DNA of 64,000 nt from Balanoglossus misakiensis (GCA_040954595.2 CM082578.2:12896520-12960519); one strand, 5' to 3'; positions 43,256 through 56,893 are shown, counted from the stretch's first letter. Notes: generated by a model from the letters alone, not told the origin. Translations and numbers: made by a program.

Positions 43256-46200
43256 ATGAATCCGCTGTTTTCTGGGCATGGTGGAAAAGCGAAGCGGTCG
43301 CCCTTCTATGCGTCTGCAAGTAATCAATCTGGGCAAAAACAAACAAATATCAACTTAACTGGCTACATAGCGGGACGAACAGAAACTGGGGATGGCGTTT
43401 CTTCCCCGGCTCCGAGTAAGAAGCCCAGAATATCACTTGAACCAGATCCCTTTGATGACTTCCCGGATGAGGACTTCACTGCAGGTGATCTTGAGGCCAT
43501 GGAATTAATGGCTTCTCAAGCAATGACATTGACAAACCAAAATGACTTGATGGCTATAAATCAAGGAAGCAAAGGAGCAGGAACAGGGGCTGAACCCAGT
43601 AGGGCAACTGGTGGTTTCACCGCGGTTACTGACAAACATGTTGGGAGCTCGCTTTCGCAAACTGCAGGTAGCACATCGACACATCCAAACCACAGTAAAA
43701 CATCAATAAAGCAAACTAACGTGGGCTATATTTCTGGCGGTAAGTTCCCATCTCAGCGTGGGACACAAGTAGCAGCCACACCCACGCCAACTCTGCCTCC
43801 CAGGAATCTTCCCGCCACAGGTATCATGGGAAGTGGATCTAGGGTTCCCCCGTATCAGTCAAACATAGACTTTCAAGGTGCGCCGACCAGTAGACCCAAG
43901 GACACAAATGCAAGTGTTGCACCAGGAGCAAAACATCCTGGCCACCTGAGTGGACAGTTTGTGAAGAAGCTTGGAGGGACTGCCGGGAATGTGTTAACAC
44001 CACCGACAGGTTCACTGGCAAGGGAGTCGTCAACTCTTCCAGTTGGTCAGGATGGGAGGAGATCGCCATCAGTACTGCAACAAGAAATTGATAAACTTGC
44101 ATCAGAATGTGCAAATTACCAGAAACAGGTAAACGTGAAAAAAAATGCCCTATCGTATTCAATTTCACTTTTCAAACTATCAGTAACTGTGTAATCAAGT
44201 GATACTGTACCTGATGGTTTTGCAGAGTTTCTGGATAAAGAAGACTCAGAAATTCACTTGGTTCCTCTCCAGACTCACTTTTGACAACACTGGCTGGCCA
44301 CTGGAGTCGGTGGACAAAATCCCTAAAGTGCATCTCCAATCCAAAAGAGTTGGCCACACATTGGTCATTAATAATTGGTCAATAATAACAACAATTGAGA
44401 GTTTTATTTTGTTCTGTGTTGTTATTTTCCAAGTTAACGAGTATTCTGGAGGAACGATATAAGAAAGACGGTGAAATCAAAATGCTAAGAGACAAAGTAC
44501 AGCAGACCAGCTCCGAACTGAGCAAAGTGAAGATGGATAAGTTCAACTTCAATGAAGAACAGAAGAGAGAGCAAACTAAAAAAGAAAAGGAACTTTTAAA
44601 GGAGGTAATCGTCTAATTCTTGGCCTCTTACAAACTTGTAACTTTCCTTTTGGAAGACAGCAAAATACTTATTGTGATTGGGTTACATGTATGTGCATGG
44701 CTGCAGCTTGCTATGTGTATGGTGCAGTAGGTCTGGGTTTGAGCCCTGTAAAATACAAGTTTATTCTGATGTGTTGTATGTTGTGTTTTCAGATTGAAAA
44801 TATGAAAACCCAGCTTCAATTTAAAGAAATGGAAATTGTCGATATTCAGAGCAAAAATAAAAGTCTGGAAAGGAAACTGAAACATTCAGAAGGCTCTTCC
44901 AACGGGCCACCAAAGGGAAGCCCGCGGAAACATGGAAGTCACCACCACCACAGGGCAGATCGTCAACCAAGTTCATCTCCCGGGAAATCCAGGGATTCTT
45001 TCCCAACCCGAAAGTCGTTCTTGGCCCATGGTGGGCCCAGCACACCACCCAGATCGCCAAAGTTACAATCACTGCGCATGGAAAGTCCAATGGCTGAAAG
45101 AGGTACAGTGCAGTGCCCCCTTGCCAAAGTGCTACTCATAATACGTCACAGGCAGAGTCAGTTTATAAATGAGTGGAGAACCCACTCATATATAAGACAG
45201 ACTCTCTCACAGCCCCTATTTTTTCAAGTTCTCTTGTTCCCCACTGTGCACTAATGCACCAAGCAGGTGACTGAGCAAGTCCAGCACTGTGCAGCAAAAC
45301 CTTTCACCAGCTGATATTCGGTCAATCAATCCAAAGAAACAAGGTCTGTTTATACGATAATAAATGTCTCATCCATCATATCTTTCTTGTTTACAGGACC
45401 AAAGTCTCCGGGGCAAAGTTGCAGTCCGAAGAGGAAGGACAGTGGAGCCTATTCCCTGGAAGCTAGACAGACAAAACTTCCGACAGTCAGCAAGATTGAT
45501 ATGGCATTCTCAAGAGGTGAGGGGGCGGGGGGAATTGCCATGAAAAGAGGTCGTGCATTTTGGAGAGTAGAAAAACAAAACGGATTTGTCATGCAGCAAA
45601 GTACTGACAAATATATATCATAGCACTACTTCTAGAACTACCTGACCAGCATAATGTCTGATAAACCCTTTCACCACCTGTTCCCTCTTAAGTTATAAGT
45701 TTGTTTTTCTTATACACAACATGAACAGGGCTGTGTAGCTCATCCCAGCTAGTTAGCAAGTTACTGTGTATAAACCGAAGCACAAGTTACAGTGGGGAAA
45801 TATCAAATCAGGGACTGATTACCTTATTACAACTGCCGGCAATGCAGCCTACCCATCAGGCATCTGCAGAGGATTGTGGGATAGCCACAGCTCTCAAAGC
45901 ACCAAGGCAAGTTTGCTCTGACTACCTCGATTTGATTGATATGGAGATTGTATCCATGGCAGGAAAATCTGTTGAACTGTAATGTTACAGGGCCTTGCTC
46001 CGAAATGATGTTAATGAATCTGTATGACTCTTAGTTGTATAAATTAAATTACTGAAATACTTACCATGGGAAACTGTCATATTGTCTCAAAAAGCATCAT
46101 TTAGTGTGTAATACTGATACCAGAAGAGACTAGAAAAGTTCGCAGTTGTCAATACAACAAACGCATACTTACTTAAAACATTTGCAATTAAAAACAGGAG

Positions 46201-49015
46201 CAGTGCAGTGTCTTCACCGGAGAGGTGGTCGCCGGTGGGAATGACAAGCAGCGAAAACCACCGAGGAGCACTTCAGACCTTGTCGACGATGCTTTCAAAG
46301 AGCCAAACTTCCAACGCCGAAACAGCGACAGAACTCCCAAAAGGCTGTCGGTCAAATACGGTAGGTCTACTGCCCGTCATTCAGGACCACCTCGTAAAGT
46401 ACATCGACGTCCTGCACAGTATAGCGGAACCGGCGTTCTCCGGTAGCACGGCCACGAGCAGGAGTTCGGACAGTCATCACACGGACGCGGGGTCGACGAG
46501 GTTGTCGGAATGCGAGAACTGGGTTTTCAGTCAGACGGAGAAAGCCACTCTGAACGCACTGGCCGTGCTGCAGAGGCTTGTCTGCAACAGCTGTTGCGTT
46601 CGGACAGCGCTGCTGAAAAGCTGTCCGGATCATATCACCGGCAGCATATCCACAATTCCTGCACAGAGCAGGAAGACAGGGATACATACCCAGGGAAGCG
46701 TCAGTGCCATGGAAATTGATCCGTCGGCACCTCTCATTCCAGATACAGTAAGTTGTCTAATCTTGTATTACTTATTTAAAAGCTTCTGCAATATGTATGT
46801 ATGGATGGATGGATGGAATCATGAGGTAACAGGGTACCAACAAAAAAATTCTAGAGCTTTGATCAAAAGTTTTGTGTCAGCATGTGCTCGCAAACAGGCT
46901 GTAAATGAAAAAACAAACAAACAAAGACAAGACGGTTGAATGACTGAGCATGAAAAAGAAATTCTGAGAAAGTAACAAATACAATTTTTTCCTTGCAGCA
47001 AGCCCCCACACAGAATGCCAGGAAGCATGTCACCGCCCCGGTAGCGGCAAAAACCAAGGATCCTTCGATGACGCAGTGTCTGTTGACTGATGTACCTGTC
47101 AACAGTATACTGACTAAAGTGCTGCGTATAGCTTCCATTCACAACATGTACGGGCAGAGCAGTGCAATGCTGCAGGCAACACTGAGCGTGCTGCTGGCAA
47201 TAGCTGAAAATTCAGAACCTGCTGTCCTGGACAGGTGAGAGACCTTTCTCTCTAATTACTGGTTTCTCCTGCAGTTTGGTGACAGTATTCCCACACTTGC
47301 GACTGTGTACAACAATCTATTTTGCGTGGTGGCACTTTCATTAACATCAGTCCACATTTCATATCTTCTAATGCTTCAGACTGCAGCCAGTTCTTACTGA
47401 CGGAACACTTCAGAACTGTCTGTCCCCTGACAACAGCTACAATATAGTGTCTACCACCATTGCCATCTTGAGTGTGACTGTCCACAACAAGGTCATAGCT
47501 TTGAGTCTTTGCAACCAGTCAGGTGAGTGACTGTCAGTCAGGATGCTGAAGTTTGACTTGGGTTTGGTTTTGGATTCAGATTTGGTTTTGGGTACGAGTA
47601 ATTAGAAATTGAAAGTCCACACACTTTGAAAGTCTTGCCTGATGCTGGTACTAATGGATCATTTGGGTGCATTGATCATTACAGAGTCTTGCACACTGCT
47701 TCGGTTGTACCAGCTGTGTGGTAGCGGAGTAGAAGAAACCACAGAACAAGAATGGACAGTGCTGCAGCTAAAGGTGAGTTTTTCACAGAGCGGTTCTGTG
47801 AGTTTGTTACTTTGGCTTTCAGGGGGTATGTGTGCTTTTGAGGAGGATGTGTTCTACACGATACAACTCTACCATGCTGTCAACAATTTCTTCAAAAGTT
47901 TACTAACGATGTCTTATTGCAAGTATACTTCCTACCAATCTTTTTTCTCCTTTTTTCCAGATTCTACAGTTCTTGAGTACGCTGTTTTCCTGTCACCATG
48001 GAAGTGTGGCATTACTGGTTGAGAGTGATTGTGACTGCAGTGTTGAGGTAAAGTCTGACTTCTCACTTTTGTGAAAGATAGAAAGAAAACATTACAACGA
48101 TGATATTTGATGTCAGACTGGAAAGTACTTCTAAATTTGCTGAATTATTTTCACAATGAACACAGTTAATCTCATTTCTGTTTGATGTTTTTGTGTCGCC
48201 CTCATGACAGGTTGTGAAAGCTGTGATTTTAATGCTTTGTAGAGAGTATCATGTATTCTGCAAAGTGGATTCAGATGAGCAAATGACGTCACTCAGGTAA
48301 GTTGCCCAATGAAGCACTGAACCCACCCACTCATCCCTCCGTCCATCCCTCCACTCATCCCTCCATCCATCAATGGACCAATCAATGCTAATAGTGTGTT
48401 TACAACCCTCCCCTATTAGTTAATGTAGTGCATACTTTTTGTCCTTCAGAAGGTTCCCTGACAGAATTATCGTTCTTTTCACTTTCCAGCTTACAAGTCC
48501 TGAGACAGGGTGTTTTGTTACTGCATTATCTGTGTATATATGATAAACTGTTCATATCACATCGTGTGGAAGTAGAGTCGTACTATGTCAAGATCATCTC
48601 CGCACTCAGTGCACTATACAAGGAACTGCCAGACATTACTGAACATGAAGGTATGTATTGTGTGTGTGTGTGTGGGGGGGGGGGGGTGTATACATGTTTG
48701 TCTGATTGGTACAGACTAGACCAGTGAAATCTAAACTAAACAACAGTGACACTGTGACAGATTGTTCAGTTTCCAGAGGTGTTTGGTGTACAGAGTTAAT
48801 CACGATGATCTATTTCACTTATATTCAGTCATTGTTCATATAACTTTTTTCTTGAAAGGTGTCCCATTTCCGAAAATAACTAACTTAATTGTGTTGTTGT
48901 GCATTTCCTGCCAACAGCCACTGCAATTCAGGAATTGTGGGACTTTGAGCAGCCTGATGAGATCTGGTCACCAGAGGGCTATGATGACGATGAACTGCAG
49001 ATGGAGACAGACTGA
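43256..49015 (+). CDS. ATRIP: ATR-interacting protein, about 1033 aa
   Basis: Exons 43256-44128, 44434-44604, 44793-45102, 45397-45516, 45729-45906, 46198-46747, 46999-47234, 47380-47522, 47685-47773, 47961-48047, 48211-48296, 48490-48650, 48918-49015, frame-consistent. ATRIP hallmarks: PSKKPR..DPF..DFTAGDLEAMELMASQA, coiled coil KDGEIKMLRD..QLQFKE, SFPTRKSF, C-terminal helical region LCNQSESCTLLRLY..CDCSVEVVKA. Confidence 0.9.
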
Positions 49016-50124
49016 AAGCAAGATGCAGCTGTGAGTTAGAAGTGAAAAGACTTCTTTCAGATAACTGGACATTTAGGGAAAAAGCACCATGACATGACCT
49101 GGCATGTATTTACTAATTTCTCGGTGTAATTATGTCGGGTATTTAATCATGGAATCATATCACAACACACATGAGCATGTTTGTTCTAGAATATATTTTA
49201 TTCGAAAGACCGGATGATGTATGAAGTACTAAAATTCCACATGTACTTTTGAGAACGGACATGTTCTTCAGAGAACAAGAACAGTGTATGAAGATAAGTA
49301 CACCATTTTACAATATTTGACATTGTATAAATGTATACATTGCTAGACAGACATGTAAGCCTGATTGTCCACATATCGTCCGATTGGCTGAAACAGTCAG
49401 GTGACAGCACTTGACATGTCAAAGGTTAAAGGAGGTCCTCCTTGCACAATATACACATCAAAATATTGCTTAGTGTTGCAAGCATTCTGATTCCAAAAGA
49501 ATTAAAATCACACAATTTCAAAATAAAGGAGACTTGCAGAATAGAACTCTGCTTGATAATTGAAGTGATGATCACATAATTTTGCTGAAGTATAAAACTG
49601 CATTCTCTTTGCAAAAGCCCACACGTATAAAGCTATGATAATTCTGGCATATTCATGTCTAGAAATGACATAAAATTGTTATGAAAAGTTCCAATCTCTA
49701 TTGTTAACAAAGTAATTTTGTTTCTCATAAAACTCTTTGACACATTAAGATATTTGTTCATAATTTTTAAAAAACTTTAAATTTCCATGGCAATAAACAG
49801 GATAGACCCAATTTTTTTTTTTGTAGATGTACATTTGAAATTTACCCTGAAATCCCTGAAATTATTACTTTGGTCCTTGAGCTACATTATAGCTCTCAAG
49901 GCATGGATTACGGTTGGTCATCTACATGTATACTAAAACTGTTCACCGGAAAACAAATCACAATTATTATTTACTGCATCTTTAAAAAGGTTTCTGACAT
50001 ACATCTCAAGATCAATTGTTAATTTTTAAAACCCTACAGAGATAGTGCACTAAAAACAGAATAGAGACGGAATGTATCATGCGTATATTGGAATGTTGAT
50101 ATAATCTGTTGATATAATCAGTGT

Positions 50125-50197
50125 TTAACCCTTTCATCGCCATGGTTCAATCCAAAGGTTGAACCTCTACAGAGGGAACTGGTGGTGAAAGGGTTAA
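50125..50197. mobile_element. Short TTAA-flanked MITE, piggyBac-like ends, in the MOV10 3'UTR region
   Basis: TTAA-CCCTTTCATCGCCA ... TGGTGGTGAAAGGG-TTAA; related single ends at 13645-13663 and 45666-45688. Confidence 0.7.
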
Positions 50198-50462
50198 AAG
50201 CATTCAATATCCGAAATCACACAATGTGTGTTATTTTTCAAGTGTGGGAACTGTTGGTTGACATGGTCATCTTTGCACTGTTTGTAGGGTGGGGGTGGGA
50301 TAGGAGAAGGGGAAGGGGTTACAAATGGACTGAAACACCTGTTGCTTTCAGGTCCTCTTTGGCACTCAGCAGAACAACGTTGAACCTTGACCCCCACCAC
50401 TTTGCAGCTGCTTATGGTTGTTGCTTCTGCTTTTTTTCGTGTTGTGTGTCTCTTGTCTCCGT

Positions 50463-53400
50463 TCACTGATTATCCGATCTCCACTCAGGGTCGTTTATCT
50501 GTGCCACCAAGCTCTCCCCGATGGTATCTGAGTCCTCCGGCAGTCCTGTAAATGAACATGGAAAATGCATGAATACAGCTCAGTTGAAGAATGATGAAAA
50601 GTGTATATAATGCACACAGAACAACCAGTAAGCGTTTGCAAGTAAACGCAGAGTGTCAGAGGACACATCAACTACCATTGTTACTCCATGATCATGTCTA
50701 AACCTCCAAACAGCATCATCAATTACCATTATTAAGATTGACAAGCGACTTGACTGAAACGAAAACCTGTTACCGAATGGACTCACCATTGGTTTGGGGC
50801 TCAAGACTGACTGCTTCAAATCTGTCTATCAAGTCTTGCACTGCAGTGTCATCGTCGGCTTCATAGTCGCATCCCGTATATGCTCCCTTGTCCACACAAT
50901 ACTCCAGTAAACTGAAAGAAATCACAGTGACAGACACACACCGTCCATTTTTATTTAAGGATGTACGTGCACTAAGAGCATGCGAAATGTGTCTCTTCCC
51001 ATAGGATTACATTGAACATTGCTAGAAAACCCGATGTTAGATCACTTACCTATTCCAGTAGTGATCTTTCTTCAGCATGAATGGATTACCAACAACTATC
51101 AATAATGCCTTGGCACGGGTCAGCGCAACATTAAAACGCTGAAATACAAACAAACATATCCGTCAGTGTGTTGGGGTACCATTTATGAAATGAATTATAT
51201 TTTCGAGCTGAAGTCAAATTCTCGAACCTCTAATTTACATTGTATCAATCGATCTTCTCAAATTATTTGCAGCGAGTTCTGCACATTATTCTGGTAATAT
51301 TAGTTGACAAAATCTGCCGATATTCTCACCTTAGGGTTTTTCAGAAAACCCAGCTTGTAATCGATGTCCATGCGTAGATTCTCCTCATTCGTGCTCCGTA
51401 CTGTTGAGATGATGACGATCATTCTCTCCTGACCTTGGAATTCCTCCACGGATCCAACTTTGATGTTCTTCAGATCCTTGGCTATCAACACTTTCTTGAT
51501 CTTCTGCACCTGAAAAATTCCACAATTTCAACCTGAGTGTCAAGGATGGTGCTTACTTTCAAAAGTCGACCACTCAGGCGAAAGCTGATTTTTTTCCCCC
51601 CAATGAACCACAATTACATGTACCTGTCTCCTATACGGTGATATGATGCCAATGTGTTCTTCCTTGATAGTCATTCCACCTCGTCTTTCTTGCAGCAGCT
51701 CTTCGATGTACTGCCACACAATCTCAACTTCTTCAATGTTGAAGAAGGATGGACTCTGCCCCTCTCGCCTGTCCAGACCTTCCACACCATGGAAGATGAT
51801 TGGGACACCCTGTGGCACAAGGGCGTGGGGGAGGGAGTGGTGTGGAAGAGAAAGAAATACCTTGTTAAAATATGACCCAAATTTTGGGAGGTTTTCTGTG
51901 AATAACTTGAACATAAAATCTGACTAAAATGTTCCAGAAAATCTATTCATTTTTTCAAAGAAATATCAGTGCTGTTAACATAACAGTGATGGGTCGTGTG
52001 AAGTATTTCATTCCTCCACTGTCCACTACTTCAGAGAAATTCATGACAGTTCATCACCAAAGTTATTGTGAGGCACAATATCACCTTGATGACATTTTTC
52101 ATTTTGTCCATTACCTTCTTAGGAAGGCCCTCCCATTGGCAGAGACTGTTTTGCAAGAGTTCATCAGCAAACACTTGCAACTCATTGTCATAAAACAGCT
52201 CATTTGGTAATTTCAAGATGTCGGGGTGCGAGCGGTAGTTACGGATCAGTTTCGTCAGGATGTTGGCGTTGTACGGTTTGTTTGGTTTTCGTTGATAGAC
52301 CGGACAGTCAGACATGAGTCGCTCCAAGAGTGACTTTGCTGAAAGAGGAGGTTGAGAGGGTTCAGTATACAATTGGAATACTTTCACTCCCATTTCGATG
52401 TGTATGGCTGGGTCTACCAAACTGAGGTGACAGGATTAAAATGAATATTTTCAGAATGTATTTATTATCAATACTAATTGTTTCTCAAAACAAGTCAACA
52501 CAACAACTTGAACTACACGTGTTCATAGAAAGCAAAGCACTTAGCCCTTCCACCCCATTGGGTCCAACCATTCTTACTGAAAACAACAGGGATCGAACCA
52601 AACTTGTAGTTTTAAGGGGGGGGGGGGGAACAAGAAGAGTGCATGAGCACAAACTCACCTAGTCCATATTTGATGGAAAGTGGTGATCTCAAGAGAGGGC
52701 CAAGTTGCTTAGGGTCGCCGGCCAGGACCAACTGACCACCTTTGGCACCTTTGGTGTTGTCGGGATCGAGGAGACCGGCCACAGCAATGAGGCTCTCTGG
52801 TTCCACAGCATGGCCGGCTTCGTCCATGAAAATGTGAGTGAAATGACCTCTTGGTATGTCAGCGGATACAAGTCTGCAAAATGATAAGAATTACAGTGTG
52901 ATCACAAATACCCGGATGACGTCAGATTATAAAACAAAAGCAGTCGAGTTCAAATAGAACATGCCCAGTTGATAACCGAAGGCACAATATAATTGTTTTC
53001 CACACCAACCTTCCGGCAGTGACCAGTGTTGCCACAATCACCCTGTACTTCATGAGCTCTGTCTTATCTGGGAAGTAAACGTCTCTGTCTAGATTGTAGT
53101 TGCATATTTTTGCCTCCTGCAACACAAAAAATAAGACACATTGCCCATTGAGTGCATTTCCCATGAGAGAAATTCGTTCTGAGGAACCCAATCTAAAGAA
53201 AGCAAACTCACCCTAAGGAATGGGTCCACTTGCAAGTAGATCCGTGAAAAAGCGTTCAGTCGGAGAATGGTTGACTTGCCCACTGGACTTTCTGTCAGCA
53301 AACGCTGGGCGATCAGATCAGCCGCACTGTTTGACGGGGCACATGCCAAGATCACACTGTCCGGCAGGGAGTTATAAACCTGTAGGTTAAGAAAAATATG

Positions 53401-56400
53401 TATGAAATTTTAGACTGAGATGACAAGCTGGGAGATTTTTTTGGATCTAAATTTGTAACCAAATGAGACGAATTTCGAATTCAATCAGTACGCTCACCTG
53501 CTTGATAGCTTCAACCACTGTGATTGTTTTGCCCGTGCCAGGGGGCCCAAAGACTAAATAAGGCGCCGGCCTAGAGGTGCCGGCCAGGATGTGCTTCACA
53601 GCAGTGACTTGTTCGGTGTTCCTTTCCAACTGTCTGTTAAAAATGCTGGAAGCGTGAGGGGAAAGGAGGGATAGAAAGAACTGTGAGCGGTATAATTCAG
53701 GGGTGGTGATCAGGAGACAGGTCAGAGAGAAACGACGCAGGTGTATTGACACAAAATGTAGGAAGTGCGTTATTATTTTTAGTAGTAAATAATTCTGATC
53801 ACAAGAACAAAACTGTTAAATCATAACAGTTAATTATTGTTTCCAAGGCACTGTATCCCCCCCCCCCCCAAACAAAACAAAATCCTGCCAGGTTGTCACT
53901 TACGTCAAGCGTGTCATGGCGTCTAATTTCTTCAAAGGTTCCTTTGTACAAATGGTAGACGGTTCAGGGAACAAAATTGGCTCCAAGCCCGACTCCACCC
54001 CGGCATCTTTCACAGCTCGGTGCTGAAGACGCAGAGGAAGACGGTTGAAGGTGAACTCCACATCAAACTGCATCCCATTGATGAAACGATCCATCAGACT
54101 GGCAGGGGAAAAAAAGAGACAGTCTTAATCAAAATGTCAGAAAAGCCATCAGACAATACTTTGTACAAAATCAATGGAGAACACTTACACAGCAATCATG
54201 GAAACAGTGTGCATAATTAATTAAAACAAAATCAATCCACTTACGTTTTACTGAAGCCAATCTGTATGTGTTCAAGTTCCACTTCATGCACATATCCTTT
54301 GTATCTTTTACTGTCAACATCGTTGGGTTCCTTTCCAAACCTCTCTTGTACATAGACAACGTCTCCCTTCAAAACCGATGGCCTGTTCTCTGCTAAGCCG
54401 GGTACCTGATAAAATAGGACATAGCAAATGAAATCCTTCAGTCCTTCATTTATATCCCTTAACTTTGAAGTGTATGCATGCTAACCAAGATAACACATGA
54501 AATATAGACAGAAAATCATTTATTTGAAACAACAGGCTGGATATTTCCATTCATTATCTCAACAGGCTGCTGAAAAACTATACTGACCTTCAGCCTGAGC
54601 AGTCGACCTTTCTTTTCCATTGTGGCAGCATTCATGTCGTATCGTCGGATGTCTACCTCCATCTGAATTTCCTCAATGTGTATCAGTTTGCTCATCTTCT
54701 CTTTGTAGCATTGGAAACTCAGAGTCTTTTCCAGTGTTGGTCTGGAGTGGATAATCAAAATGGTGTTTTTTTATATTTTAGACTAGAAACTGCAACTGGA
54801 CCGGTTAGAAATGAAATGTTTGATTTCAGTTCTTTAGTGACATTTTTGGAAGTGAACCTTACATAACGCACAGCACTCCTTCACTGGTATCGTTTTATTC
54901 AAATGTTGGGACACAAAATGTCCTGTTTGTACTGACAGAAGAAGCTAGAGACAAGCACGTTAGGTAGGATGAAGCCTCTCATCACTTACTTCAGATCTTC
55001 CTCTTTGCCTTTGTTTATCACACTCCGTAAAGATTTTGGCACCGCATAGGTCTCCAATGGTTTCATATTCTTCAACCTGTCTTTATCACTGGAAAAAACA
55101 CACAATGAAGCCTATTTGAGACCCTGGACTTTGTCAATGGGATGATTGAAATCACGGGATCCACACTAACAATTCACAGACAACTGTGAGGGAAAAATGA
55201 GTGACCAATTTTGCCGGAATTAGATAAGATGTTCTTGCATTATTGTCTTTACTTGCAGACTTCCCAGGCTGTATCCATCCTTCAAGACAAGCCTGATGGC
55301 TTAAAGGTTCTTTAGAATCAATTGAGTGTTTTATGTACTCACACTGGAGGTGGCCACCCGTCCACTACATCATCACTCGGAATGAATCGCGACACCCTGG
55401 GCGGCTTGACGTACGGTGATGTCGGCACCAGCATGGTGGTGATCTCGCTGCTCATGGTGACCGACAGGAACCGGACGATGTGGAACGACTCTTGACTCTG
55501 CCCTTTGCGGAACTCAAACGCAATCGGCGTCCGGTACCGGTTGAAGAACCTGGCGCGGCAGGTCACACGGATTGTGTAGGATCGACCTGATGTGACCAAA
55601 TGCAGCAAGAACCAAAAAAAAAAAATGGCAATGGTTGTCAGAATTTTGGCTTGGTGGCTATGATGTTAGTCTGGAATCCAGACCGAGTGTGTTTTAGATA
55701 GACACACACCTGTAAGTGATGTCTATCTAAAACACACTCTACATGTGGTAACATTATATGGTCTCAACATAAACAGCGTGGTATCTTTAAGAATGGTGAC
55801 TGACCTGGAGAGAGTGAAACTTGCTCAACTTTTTTTGAAACGCCGCGTTGATCGCTCAACTGGAATACTCTGGAACGTTTTAGGAGTTCACATCGGAGCA
55901 AGTGTACTGTGTCAGTTTTGCTGTGAATGGCAAGCAGACAGTGAAGTTAATTGGGAGAGCTGGCCCATGCAGACACTTGTTTTTCAACAGGAGGTGTGGA
56001 GAGTGGATCTCATGGCACTGTGCAGTCATTGCTGTACACGGCTACCAGATTCTTTCTTATTTTTTACATCATGGTTTCACACTTACCTTTTATTTGTTAT
56101 GAATATGTCGACAGATTTCATCTCATCTCTTTTGATATTGATATTGATGGAACCATTGTCGCCATCATGATCATCACAGAAGACTTGAATTTCATTCTTG
56201 TTGTCTATCAATGAATCCCTGTAGAATGTGATGTGTTATATGTATTAGTGATGTGTAGGTTGGAAACAACGGCCTCTTCAATGTACCTTCAACATCTAGG
56301 CCTTATTTTCAGCTTAAAATGCCAACTTGACTCTAATGTGCCATTCTTTAATTAAACAGACGACCAGCTAGATGATGTGTTCTTATAGTGATTCAACATA

Positions 56401-56893
56401 ATTACCTGTTCCGTTTGAGGGAACTGATCAGCTGCTGCTGTCTGTGTTTTTTACCGCTCATATGTTGCACATGGTTATCTTCTGATTGGAATGGAATCTT
56501 ACACACACTGCAAAACCAGTCTGTCGGCTTTATATCATCTTGCCGTCTTCGTCCCTCCTGACCCTTTTCCTGCTGCTTTTCCTGAGCCCTCTGCCGGGTT
56601 CTCAACGCAGTGTACTGATCCACGGCCAGCGGCTGAAACCCCTGTGCTGTGAAGTGGACACGACCGCCACCTTGCAACTTGAGTTTTTTTCTCTTTCTCA
56701 AAGTCCACAGCACAGCAGAGAATGGACAGCTCAACAGGTGAGGATAGGCCGGTTTGAATTCTGTTGTGTAGATGTCACGCAGCTCGTCACGGTCTGAGAT
56801 GTGTGTGAGATTCTCGCGCTGGAGATGCTGCAGAAAAAGGTTTCCTGCCTCAAGGCGGAGCATGTACACGCTGTTGCTTATATGGTAAGGCAT
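50463..56893 (-). CDS. MOV10: MOV10 (UPF1-like SF1 RNA helicase), about 1037 aa
   Basis: Coding exons 56893-56406, 56218-56087, 55920-55805, 55586-55343, 55088-54990, 54741-54588, 54405-54245, 54098-53904, 53645-53498, 53379-53212, 53116-53010, 52873-52659, 52338-52115, 51809-51624, 51509-51330, 51138-51050, 50911-50787, 50545-50463, in frame. Motifs [70 protein letters not shown] and C-terminal DPEWR. Confidence 0.96.
55685..55739. repeat. Perfect 20-bp inverted repeat in a MOV10 intron
   Basis: GAGTGTGTTTTAGATAGACA (55685-55704) / TGTCTATCTAAAACACACTC (55720-55739), 15-nt spacer. Confidence 0.9.
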
